Part shown: in pieces, positions 1 to 7,143 of the stretch
Layout: every line of letters starts with the position of its first letter
Position numbering within the stretch: position 1 is the stretch's first letter
From: Euryarchaeota archaeon UBA40
GTDB taxonomy: Archaea > Thermoplasmatota > Poseidoniia > Poseidoniales > Thalassarchaeaceae
DNA: 19,598 nucleotides
NCBI GenBank assembly: GCA_002506875.1
Contig: DAYJ01000003.1
Span: 1-19,598, forward strand
Reading direction: 5' to 3'
Program-made: the position numbers and the translations under genes
The notes under the pieces: model-generated
Told to the model about the DNA's origin: nothing
Databases searched by the model: none
Seen by the model: the letters and a program-made list of their open reading frames with translations, nothing else

Positions 1-342
1 AACAGGCTCCGGTTCCTCAACAGGTTCCGGTTCCTCGACAGGTGCAGGTTCAGGGGGCTCCTGTACCGGGGCTGCGCTGAGTGTGACGCTACGATTGAGG
101 CCTCCTCGTGTTCTTCGAAGAGATTTGTCAATGTCTGGAGCTGGAATGGAGGCCATGGATGGTAGCATCGCTCGCCGTGCGTCCCCTCTGAGGATCCTGT
201 AGACGCCTTGAGCGGACCCAATGCCTAATGTTGCCAAGACAGTGGCGCTAATGGGGTCCATCGGAGTAGATGTAGCGTGGCGAGGTATGTCTTCGTTTCG
301 GGTGGTTCTGCTCTGGAAGTAAGCCATCCTTGTGCGGTTCAT
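1..342 (-). CDS. Partial CDS (5' end; continues beyond left edge): hypothetical protein with a Pro/Glu-rich V-E-E-P-E-P hexapeptide-repeat linker
   Basis: The minus-strand frame is open from the stop at 343-345 down to position 1. It is absent from the ORF track because it has no stop inside the window. In-frame ATGs lie at 342, 327, 261, 168 and 156; none has a convincing SD, so the start is unresolved. From 156 it reads MASIPAPDIDKSLRRTRGGLNRSVTLSAAPVQEPPEPAPVEEPEPVEEPEPV, with codon choice (CCT/CCA/CTT/CTC) like the rest of the window. Plus-strand frame 2 is also open up to the TAG at 200-202 and gives a Gly/Ser-rich then Arg-rich peptide, so the strand itself is uncertain. Confidence 0.3.
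   Translation of the reverse strand, partial: MNRTRMAYFQSRTTRNEDIPRHATSTPMDPISATVLATLGIGSAQGVYRILRGDARRAMLPSMASIPAPDIDKSLRRTRGGLNRSVTLSAAPVQEPPEPAPVEEPEPVEEPEPV
3..56. repeat. 18-bp imperfect tandem repeat, three units (third unit degenerate)
   Basis: The units are caggctccggttcctcaa (3-20), caggttccggttcctcga (21-38) and caggtgcaggttcagggg (39-56). The period is a multiple of 3. On the minus strand each unit encodes VEEPEP. The array may continue beyond the left edge. Confidence 0.7.
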
Positions 343-386
343 TCATATCCTTTCGGAATCGTTGAACCACTAGCGGAGGCCATGCC

Positions 387-803
387 ATGACTGTGCGAGT
401 GGGTAGGAAAGCACGTCGTTTCCTACGCCGCATTCAGAAATCGCGGGAAATCCCTGATTTGCAAGTCATCGCGAATGAAATCCAGAATGAGGTTGATGCG
501 AGAAACATCACCTATGAGGAGGCGAACCAACTGGGGAACCAAATCCAGAATAGAGCCGACATGATTGATGTATCCGGGCTCGTTTACGCCATCAGTGATA
601 GGGATACATATCGCAGAACGCTTGAAATTTATTTGAAGGATGGGCTTCTTACTCGGACGGAGCAAATGCTCCTTTGGGATGAGCGAAGAAAGCTCGGCTT
701 GACACAGGAAGAACACGATCGATTGATTGACAAGCTCATTACCCTCTATCGGAGTCAAGGCCGCTCAATTAGGATTCAAGGTCCTTCAGGAGGTGATTCC
801 TGA
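387..803 (+). CDS. Hypothetical small cytosolic protein (138 aa) with a very basic N-terminus and a helical body; first gene of the three-gene module
   Basis: The ATG at 387 is preceded by GGAGG at 375-379. There is no hydrophobic segment. The N-terminus MTVRVGRKARRFLRRIQKSR is strongly basic. The segment YRRTLEIYLKDGLLTRTEQMLLWDERRKLGLTQEEHDRL resembles, from memory, the Y-x3-L...DG-x-[IL]-[ST]-x2-E...LG[IL][ST] helical hairpin of TerB/DjlA-N-like domains; this is unverified. The stop TGA at 801-803 overlaps the ATG of the next gene. Confidence 0.6.
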   Translation: MTVRVGRKARRFLRRIQKSREIPDLQVIANEIQNEVDARNITYEEANQLGNQIQNRADMIDVSGLVYAISDRDTYRRTLEIYLKDGLLTRTEQMLLWDERRKLGLTQEEHDRLIDKLITLYRSQGRSIRIQGPSGGDS

Positions 804-3800
804 TGTCTAGAAGTCGAACATTGGTTCTATTCTTAGTGAGTATTCTAATTTTCAGCGTTCTTACACCAATGTCGATGTCACCTGCTAGCGATACAGCGTA
901 TACTTCAGGGCGATCAGTGGATGTCGCCATTGACCAAATGGATGTCATCTCAGCATCTGCAGATATCCTTGGCACGCCAACTCTTGCTCCAGGGGATCAC
1001 GTAATCCGGGTTCGAATTACAAACACTGGAACCAGTATCGCTACCGGTACAATCGAGTTGCTAGAGGGGCCGGATTTCTCATCCCAAACTCCAGTCCTTG
1101 GTACGCAGAAGTCCATCTCAGTCCCTGCAGGGGGGTCTGAAGTCCATCTCCTCGAGTTCACAAAGATGAGCGGTAACTCTGCAGTCACAGCTTCTGTTTC
1201 TGCGAGTGGTGATTCCGAGCCCTCAAATAATCAAATGAATTTGCCAGCAGGCTTGCTTACTGTATCTTCGACACCTTCGCATATCTCCGTCTCTGATACG
1301 ATCCCGAATCATGGAACTACTGTGGCTTCTGGGCCATGGGTTGGAAACTGGGTTTTCGCGAATACGGGGAATTTGAATCTGACTGCAGAAGCATCTCTTA
1401 CCCTCACTCCTGTAGGTGGAGGGGCCTCAATAGACATTGATTCTAGCCAAACAATCGCTCCCGCTGGTTCCTTGGCTTCCACGGCAGGGCTATCTTCAGT
1501 CAATCTCTCCGTGGATGCATCGACCTTCCTTGGGACATATGCTCTTAGTGGCACAATCGATATCTGGTCACCTCTTGGCTCTTATCACACTGAGACTATT
1601 TCTTCTCGTGATGTGACCTTCACAGATGCTATAGCTACACTTTCGGCCCCCAATAATATCTCAGTATCTCCTGGAAGTGGGACCACGCTTCTTTTCATCT
1701 TACAGAATATTGGCGGTGTTAGTGACACTTTCACCATTACCTACTCCGACGTACAAGACCCTGATTGGATGGATACGAGCCTCGAGAATCCGAATGATGG
1801 TGATTCAGTGACTATAGCAGCGGGAGAAGGACAAGCGATTACAGCCCCAGTTGATGTCCCATTTGATGCCTCAAGGTCCGACGTAGATACCATTACAGTC
1901 ACCGCTACGAGTTTGAATACAGGTGAAATTGTAACTGCACGCGCTTCAGTTATGGCTGGCGATTTGTTTTCTTCGGATTTGCAAAGTAATGGGTCAGTTG
2001 TCTATGTTGATCCAGGTGCCCCAGCTTCTGTGTTTTACACTCTCAAGAATACAGGAACTTCCCCGGCACATTTCGAAATCGATGCAGGTTTGCAAGAGGT
2101 CCCAGATGATTGGACCATATCTGTATCTCCAGATGTAACCGATCTTGTATCTCCTGGTGAGACAAGGTCAATCACAATCGAGGTGACGGCTCCTTCAATT
2201 TTGGACCCCCTGGATCCGGACCAACGAAATTCTGCTGGGAGTCGGCTGACTTTACGTGTAACTTCAACTCCCTTACAAGGGGAAGCGGCCCTAGTTGCTA
2301 GCAATATTACTGATATCGAGGTTCGTGCTTCAGTCAGTGTCACAATGTTGCCATATGGCGATTTACATTACACGACTAGCGATTTAGAGTTGGGAGGTAT
2401 GGCAAAAACGCTAGATGTCGAAGTATCATTGATGAGTAATTTCCCCTCTGGGAGTCCGGGTTTAGCCGTTGTAGATCTCACGGTTCTTGCCACATCTTTC
2501 ACATCCTATGATGGTGCATCCTATGGGTTATCGGAGAATACTCGTTGGGATGCTACCCCTGCGCCTACATCGCTTAATCTTCTACTCGGAGAATCTGCAA
2601 TAGTCGTGTTATCAGTTCTCGGCCCTACAGCTCATCTTCCTGCACATGGTTTACTCAATTTCACCATTACAGCATCGACTTCTTTGTCAGGTTTAACGGG
2701 GATCACCTCTCCTGACACTTCAGCGGTCTTTTCTGTCAATATTGGCGATGTAATCGATGCAGATCTTGCGGACAGTCCAGTAATTCCCGGTTCTCCGGGA
2801 GTACAGAGCGATGCCACCCTCCGACTATCCAATATCGGTAACACTCTTTCCAATTTCACTCTTGAGATGGATGAACTTGAGGGGTGGGACCTTATTCTTG
2901 TCAACAACGCAGTGACGGGGCTGGTTCCTCAGGTCGCAACCTTCCCAACAGGTTTCGATGTGGGTACTGACATCACTATCAGTGCGACGCCCCCACTGGA
3001 TGCACGTGCAGACGAAGTCCATCTTGTCAATGTGAATGTCTACGACGAAGATGGACATTTCATGGACAATGGATCCGCTCGCTTCGTTCTTGATGAAGTC
3101 ATTGACGGCCTACTTGAGCCAGATACAATCAATATGGAGGTTCCAATCCTTGAGAGTCGTACGCAAACCGCGGTATTCCAGATTAGAAATATGGGTAATT
3201 CGGAGCAAACATTCGATATTGACATTGGTTCTTTCGTAGGAGGTACTGACTTCACAGTGTCTCCGCTTCAAGATGTCACAGTTCCTCCTGGTGCAAATGT
3301 CACTCAAGAGGTCACGGTTACTGCCCTCAACTCAGCACGAGCTGATACGACCTACTCGTTCGACATCATTCTCCTTAAGGACGGTCTAGAGTTTGATAGA
3401 ACTGATGTGAATGTTCAGATACAACAAATCCATCTTATCGAACTCAGTACCACGGATACTCTGGAGGCAATCCCTGGTGAGGTGGTGACTCTTCAGGTAG
3501 AGGCAGAAAATCTTGGCAACCTCCGAGAGATAGGCAACCTGAGTTTTGAAACACCCTTCGGATGGACTCAGACTACTACGACATTCGATATCGAACCTAA
3601 CTCCGTCGTATTGGGCCTCGAAATCTCTCTTACAGTTCCGGCTCTAACCTCGGAGGAAGTGCCGATGGCTGGGGCGGTATACGACATCCCCATCATTGCT
3701 CGTAATACGAGCGATAACATCCCAGTCGGCTCGTTCAATATCACTGTGACTATCAAGCCCGTGTTCCAACTCGTTTTCCTTGATTCGCCTGAGCGAATCG

Positions 3801-5521
3801 CGAGTATTCCGAATCAGGATCGCTCGATTGGTTACCATATCAAGAATGCCGGTAATGATGCAGTTACTCTCTCGGTGACTTGTACACTGGATTCCTCAAG
3901 TGTTAGTCGATGGACGGCGCCTACTTGCCCCGGTAGCCTTGCTCTGGCTCAAGGTGAACAGACTTGGATTAACATGACCATGAGGCCAACTGATAACCGT
4001 CATTGGAACAAGGAAACTGGCGGGATGACATTACGCTTCATTCCACAAGGAGATGTTGGGGGGGAAGCAAACTGGACCACGCCATTGATTATTGAGCGCG
4101 TCCAGACCGATGATGAAGTCGTCCTTCAGAATTCGGATGGTCCAGTAAAGACTCTAGAAATTGATTGGATGCATGTTCCAGATCTCACTCAGACAGGCGC
4201 TCTTTCCTCGAATACATACGAAGTAAGGTATGTTGAGGGAATCCGTCTTCTCAACTCAAGCCTCTATCCTGGTACTATCTGGGATTTTAGTCTAGGCTCT
4301 GATCAGACGTCTCTTATTCCAGGCACCGTAACGCCTCTTGGAGAGGCGTCACCCTATGTTCTAAATTCCTTCAATCTAAGGACTACTCTCCCTAGTCCGA
4401 CGACTATCGCTCCCGGTGATGGTTGGGACTTGGTGTTCGAGTTACATAATCTCGATGAACCATCGTTGGGAATTAACGGGATTACCACCTTCATTGTCAA
4501 GCTGCGTATGGACTCTTATGCCGACCCTCAGATTCTTGATGTCAGATTCGAATCGGGTGATCTTGTAGAGGGTACCTCGACTAATCTCATTGTCAACGTC
4601 ACGAACTCTGGAACTGCAATTCTGCCAGTGAATAGCATCCTCCTAATCTCTTGCAGTGGAGACGTCATAATCAACGGTTCTGAGACGAATTTGATTCCGC
4701 CTCTTGGGATTCAGGAGTCTGTCGAACTCACATGGGGTATTGAGGCTGCGTCTCTGCCTTGGTATGAGAATTCAGGATTCTTCGAATGCACCTTCCAATT
4801 AACTCTCATTGACGACGTCTATGGTAATGATCTAGCTAATGATGTAAGGGTTGAATCGTTGCAAATCGAGTCTTGGAGCATAGGTTTCCTACCTAGTTTG
4901 ATAGGTTGTATCCTCGTAATCTTCCTTTCTCTCTTCCTATTCCGGAGGGGTATGGATGATGATGAGCGCGCCCTCTTTGGGTCGGGATATGTGGCGATGA
5001 TAGGGCTAGGATTGCTTTCTCAAACGGCTATCATCCCTGAGATTGGCCTAATCAGTGTCGCCCTCTCTGCCCTCTGGTTGTTGGCTCTTGCATGGATTGG
5101 CTCGGGAGAGTTGCAAGCCATCCACGATGACCGTCGTAAGGCGATGCTTGGCGAGCGTTCTGCTCTTTCTTCTCACGAGGATGAGTTAGCAAATACACAG
5201 CGTGAGATATCCTGGGTTCTTCTAGGGGCTCCGATGCTCTTCGTCCTTGTGATGATGATTGATCCGAGTTTCACTGTCGATATGACTGCCCTGAATCTCG
5301 GTTCTAGCGCAGTTTACCTTGTTTTGATTTCGATGATGATTATACTCACCATCACCACACTGGAGCGAACCTATGGTGGGCTCCATAACCAACTCGCGGC
5401 TCTCGATCTTCGAACGCAGCGAATTCGTGGTATTCTTGAGAGCCGATCGATAGTTCACACATCGGCACCACCTCCTCCTTCTCCCGAAGTATTCACCGAT
5501 GTTGGAGGTGAAGAGGAATGA
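803..5521 (+). CDS. Giant envelope protein (1572 aa): N-terminal signal peptide, about 1300-aa ectodomain of repeated CARDB/NEW3 (COG1470-like) beta-sandwich domains, C-terminal 5-TM module and cytosolic Pro-rich/acidic tail
   Basis: A near-perfect SD, GGAGGTGAT, lies at 789-797, 5 nt before the ATG at 803. The N-terminus MSRSRTLVLFLVSILIFSVLTP looks like a signal or anchor sequence. Nine copies of an h-x-N-x-G-x strand motif occur roughly every 100-130 aa: ITNTGT, FANTGN, LQNIGG, LKNTGT, LSNIGN, IRNMGN, AENLGN, IKNAGN, VTNSGT. Several are followed by P-x-x-W and P-G-x-[ST] segments, e.g. LKNTGTSPAHFEIDAGLQEVPDDWTISVSPDVTDLVSPGETRSITIEVTAP, which is the pattern I associate with CARDB/NEW3 domains. 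I counted about 17 N-x-S/T sequons by hand. Five hydrophobic helices lie near the C-terminus. Confidence 0.9.
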   Translation: MSRSRTLVLFLVSILIFSVLTPMSMSPASDTAYTSGRSVDVAIDQMDVISASADILGTPTLAPGDHVIRVRITNTGTSIATGTIELLEGPDFSSQTPVLGTQKSISVPAGGSEVHLLEFTKMSGNSAVTASVSASGDSEPSNNQMNLPAGLLTVSSTPSHISVSDTIPNHGTTVASGPWVGNWVFANTGNLNLTAEASLTLTPVGGGASIDIDSSQTIAPAGSLASTAGLSSVNLSVDASTFLGTYALSGTIDIWSPLGSYHTETISSRDVTFTDAIATLSAPNNISVSPGSGTTLLFILQNIGGVSDTFTITYSDVQDPDWMDTSLENPNDGDSVTIAAGEGQAITAPVDVPFDASRSDVDTITVTATSLNTGEIVTARASVMAGDLFSSDLQSNGSVVYVDPGAPASVFYTLKNTGTSPAHFEIDAGLQEVPDDWTISVSPDVTDLVSPGETRSITIEVTAPSILDPLDPDQRNSAGSRLTLRVTSTPLQGEAALVASNITDIEVRASVSVTMLPYGDLHYTTSDLELGGMAKTLDVEVSLMSNFPSGSPGLAVVDLTVLATSFTSYDGASYGLSENTRWDATPAPTSLNLLLGESAIVVLSVLGPTAHLPAHGLLNFTITASTSLSGLTGITSPDTSAVFSVNIGDVIDADLADSPVIPGSPGVQSDATLRLSNIGNTLSNFTLEMDELEGWDLILVNNAVTGLVPQVATFPTGFDVGTDITISATPPLDARADEVHLVNVNVYDEDGHFMDNGSARFVLDEVIDGLLEPDTINMEVPILESRTQTAVFQIRNMGNSEQTFDIDIGSFVGGTDFTVSPLQDVTVPPGANVTQEVTVTALNSARADTTYSFDIILLKDGLEFDRTDVNVQIQQIHLIELSTTDTLEAIPGEVVTLQVEAENLGNLREIGNLSFETPFGWTQTTTTFDIEPNSVVLGLEISLTVPALTSEEVPMAGAVYDIPIIARNTSDNIPVGSFNITVTIKPVFQLVFLDSPERIASIPNQDRSIGYHIKNAGNDAVTLSVTCTLDSSSVSRWTAPTCPGSLALAQGEQTWINMTMRPTDNRHWNKETGGMTLRFIPQGDVGGEANWTTPLIIERVQTDDEVVLQNSDGPVKTLEIDWMHVPDLTQTGALSSNTYEVRYVEGIRLLNSSLYPGTIWDFSLGSDQTSLIPGTVTPLGEASPYVLNSFNLRTTLPSPTTIAPGDGWDLVFELHNLDEPSLGINGITTFIVKLRMDSYADPQILDVRFESGDLVEGTSTNLIVNVTNSGTAILPVNSILLISCSGDVIINGSETNLIPPLGIQESVELTWGIEAASLPWYENSGFFECTFQLTLIDDVYGNDLANDVRVESLQIESWSIGFLPSLIGCILVIFLSLFLFRRGMDDDERALFGSGYVAMIGLGLLSQTAIIPEIGLISVALSALWLLALAWIGSGELQAIHDDRRKAMLGERSALSSHEDELANTQREISWVLLGAPMLFVLVMMIDPSFTVDMTALNLGSSAVYLVLISMMIILTITTLERTYGGLHNQLAALDLRTQRIRGILESRSIVHTSAPPPPSPEVFTDVGGEEE
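4877..5362 (+). other. C-terminal five-helix transmembrane module of the giant protein
   Basis: The hydrophobic segments are IGFLPSLIGCILVIFLSLFLF, LFGSGYVAMIGLGLLSQTAII, IGLISVALSALWLLALAWIG, ISWVLLGAPMLFVLVMMI and LGSSAVYLVLISMMIILTITTL. Charged loops (RRGMDDDER, HDDRRKAMLGER) fall on the predicted cytosolic side if the ectodomain is outside. The roughly 50-aa tail ending PPPPSPEVFTDVGGEEE is then cytosolic. Confidence 0.7.
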
Positions 5522-6363
5522 TGGAAAACAACCCATTTGATGATTCAGGTGTGGGGGGAGATGCCTCATCCCGATTCCTTGAGCAGTTGACTCAACGTTC
5601 CGTCCGTGTCCGACACTACCTCTGGAATCATCGCCCATTGAAGGCAAGAAAAGATCTCAGGGAAGCGAATCGCGATGCGGAATTCCTTGAGAAACAAGTG
5701 GTTAGGTTACACCGTTCACTTCTCGCTCTGGAGCAGCACCTATCTTCACTTGATGATTTAACAGAAGATGAGAGAAGAGCGATGGGAATGGTGACTGATG
5801 GTCTCATCGATCTGGATCAGGGTCATTGGGAATCTGCCCTCGAATCTTTCCGTTCAGCAATTTCTGATTTGTCTGAGTCCGGAGGCCGTGTGAATCCTTT
5901 CCTTGTTGGTCGATTCTTCCTCACAGTCGAGGCTCGTTGGCCTGCTGAGATGGAGCATGGACTTCTTCTGCTTACTATTGAGAATCTTGGTACTGACCTA
6001 CTCCCTCCATTCCGGTTAGCTGCGCCCGCTCCTCCGGACTGGATTGCGGAACCTAAGGCGGCCGAAGTGCCAGCTATACCGCCCGGGGGCTTCATTGAGA
6101 TGGGTATCAAAATTCATCCAACTGGGACCATCTCTGAAAATCTTGTATTGGCCAAGAGGGTATCCATTGTTACAGGATATCTTGCAGACATGGGCGATCT
6201 AACGGTATCCACTCGCATAGAGAATCGGACTCTCAAATCCTTGGAAGGCTTTGTCGTCGATGCTTGGCTCCCTCGTGGGTTTACCGCTAGGCGCCTTCCG
6301 TTCATCCAGAATCTTGCACCTGGAGAGGTCGTACATATCAACACTGAAATCGATGCCCGTTGA
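5518..6363 (+). CDS. Hypothetical cytosolic protein (281 aa): N-terminal coiled-coil/helical region plus two CARDB-like beta-sandwich-type segments, no signal peptide
   Basis: The ATG at 5518 overlaps the giant gene's stop (ATGA at 5518-5521) and is preceded by GGAGGTGA at 5504-5511. The N-terminal half is helical and charged (KDLREANRDAEFLEKQVVRLHRSLLALEQHLSSLDDLTEDERR). The C-terminal half carries LLLLTIENLGTDLLPPFRL...PPGGFIEMGIKIHP and LTVSTRIENRTLKSLEGFVVDAWLPRGF...APGEVVHINTEI, which echo the strand motifs of the giant protein. No hydrophobic leader or TM segment is present. Confidence 0.75.
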   Translation: MMENNPFDDSGVGGDASSRFLEQLTQRSVRVRHYLWNHRPLKARKDLREANRDAEFLEKQVVRLHRSLLALEQHLSSLDDLTEDERRAMGMVTDGLIDLDQGHWESALESFRSAISDLSESGGRVNPFLVGRFFLTVEARWPAEMEHGLLLLTIENLGTDLLPPFRLAAPAPPDWIAEPKAAEVPAIPPGGFIEMGIKIHPTGTISENLVLAKRVSIVTGYLADMGDLTVSTRIENRTLKSLEGFVVDAWLPRGFTARRLPFIQNLAPGEVVHINTEIDAR

Positions 6364-6414
6364 GCAATTTTGACCAAAATTTCACATCTTCTTTGAAATG
6401 CCTCTTGGGGCTAC

Positions 6415-6423
6415 TATGATATA
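6415..6423 (+). promoter_or_regulatory. Putative archaeal TATA-like box for the archaellin gene
   Basis: TATGATATA lies 36-44 nt upstream of the ATG at 6459. GGTGGA at 6446-6451 is a possible SD. The spacing resembles the candidate TATA elements upstream of the rhodopsin and hppA genes in this window. This is sequence inspection only. Confidence 0.3.
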
Positions 6424-6458
6424 CTTCGATGAATTGCGTAAAGTCGGTGGACATACCC

Positions 6459-7109
6459 ATGAACGCAAGTAAGACACAATACAAGAAGAACGACGATGGT
6501 GCATCGATCGGGATCGGAGCGATGATCGTCTTCATCGCACTTATCTTGGTGGCCGCAGTAGCCTCTACGATTATCATCAAGACCGCAGAAGAACTTCAGC
6601 AACGTGCTGAGGCAACTGGTGACGACACCCGTGACGAAATCTCGGGTAAGCTCCAGATTGTCATGGCCTATGTTTCGATAGATGACAACGCAGGCCCTGC
6701 AACCGCTGCCGATGAAGTCACCCTAATTGTCCAGATGGCTGCTGGTTCTGACTCCACTTTGCTTACCGACATCCGATGGTTGATTGTTTGTAACGACGGA
6801 ACTCAAAATGTTGACATCAACACTGGAGCCCTAGAAGACGCCGGTGGCGCTGCTGGCGCTGCACGTGTATTCGCAGAAGAAATCGACGGCACAGCAATGA
6901 CTTCTGGCGACGCTGTAGATGCTGGTCAGACCTTTGCAATCGTAATCGATACTGATGATACTGGCGACGATGGTGCTAATCCATCTGTTGATGGATGTCA
7001 GGCTGGAGTCGGCGACAACCAAGAGCTTCGACTTATTGTCGATGGCGGCGGTGAAACCTACTCTCAGTTGACTTTCAATTCCATTACTGCTGGATCACTG
7101 ATTGTTTGA
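6459..7109 (+). CDS. arlB: Archaellin (archaeal flagellin) with class III (type IV pilin-like) signal peptide
   Basis: The N-terminus MNASKTQYKKNDDG|ASIGIGAMIVFIALILVAAVASTIIIKTAEELQQRAEATGDDTRDEISGKLQIVMAY matches the conserved archaellin N-terminus (GIGTLIVFIAMVLVAA...). The ORF track starts at the ATG at 6429. I prefer the ATG at 6459, which has an SD-like GGTGGA upstream and a more typical leader length. The C-terminal part is a variable D/G/A/T-rich domain. Confidence 0.9.
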   Translation: MNASKTQYKKNDDGASIGIGAMIVFIALILVAAVASTIIIKTAEELQQRAEATGDDTRDEISGKLQIVMAYVSIDDNAGPATAADEVTLIVQMAAGSDSTLLTDIRWLIVCNDGTQNVDINTGALEDAGGAAGAARVFAEEIDGTAMTSGDAVDAGQTFAIVIDTDDTGDDGANPSVDGCQAGVGDNQELRLIVDGGGETYSQLTFNSITAGSLIV

Positions 7110-7123
7110 TGTGGTTTGTGGAA

Positions 7124-7143
7124 TCGGCCCAATCGCGGGCCGA
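7124..7143 (+). terminator. GC-rich hairpin after a T-rich tract downstream of arlB; possible partial terminator or mRNA-stabilising element
   Basis: The stem TCGGCCC (7124-7130) pairs with GGGCCGA (7137-7143) around a 6-nt loop, aatcgc. It follows the T-rich sequence TTGTTTGATGTGGTTTGTGG, which spans the arlB stop codon. The location between the highly expressed filament gene and the accessory genes fits differential expression. Confidence 0.3.

Noticed and set aside
1-202. Plus-strand frame 2 reading at the left edge, giving a TGSGSS-repeat C-terminus ending at the TAG at 200-202
   Set aside because: This is not excluded, but it is less likely than the minus-strand reading. It uses CTG/TTG/AGG/GCG codons that are rare elsewhere in the window, and it ends in a strongly basic Arg-rich tail atypical of this acidic proteome. 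It is kept as the alternative in the left-edge finding.
248-433. A 61-aa minus-strand ORF (MRRRKRRAFLPTRT...)
   Set aside because: It is Arg/Pro/His-rich and unlike the acidic proteins of this window. It overlaps the SD and start of the 387 gene and is in a different frame from the better-supported open frame at 1-342.
5222-5647. A 141-aa minus-strand ORF spanning the junction of the giant gene and the 281-aa gene
   Set aside because: It is antisense to two well-supported plus-strand genes that have SD sequences and overlapping stop/start codons. Its translation is Arg/His/Cys-rich with no motif.
6379-6399. AU-rich hairpin (ATTTCA/TGAAAT, 9-nt loop) after the 281-aa gene as a terminator
   Set aside because: The stem is only 6 bp and almost entirely A-T, and the adjacent T-runs are only 3-4 nt. 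The support is too marginal to list as a feature, though transcription may still terminate in this spacer.
6429-6458. Upstream ATG at 6429 as the archaellin start (adds MNCVKSVDIP)
   Set aside because: It would give a 24-residue leader, much longer than known class III signal peptides. It would also place the start inside the putative promoter-to-SD region. The ATG at 6459 has GGTGGA 7 nt upstream. This is not fully excluded.
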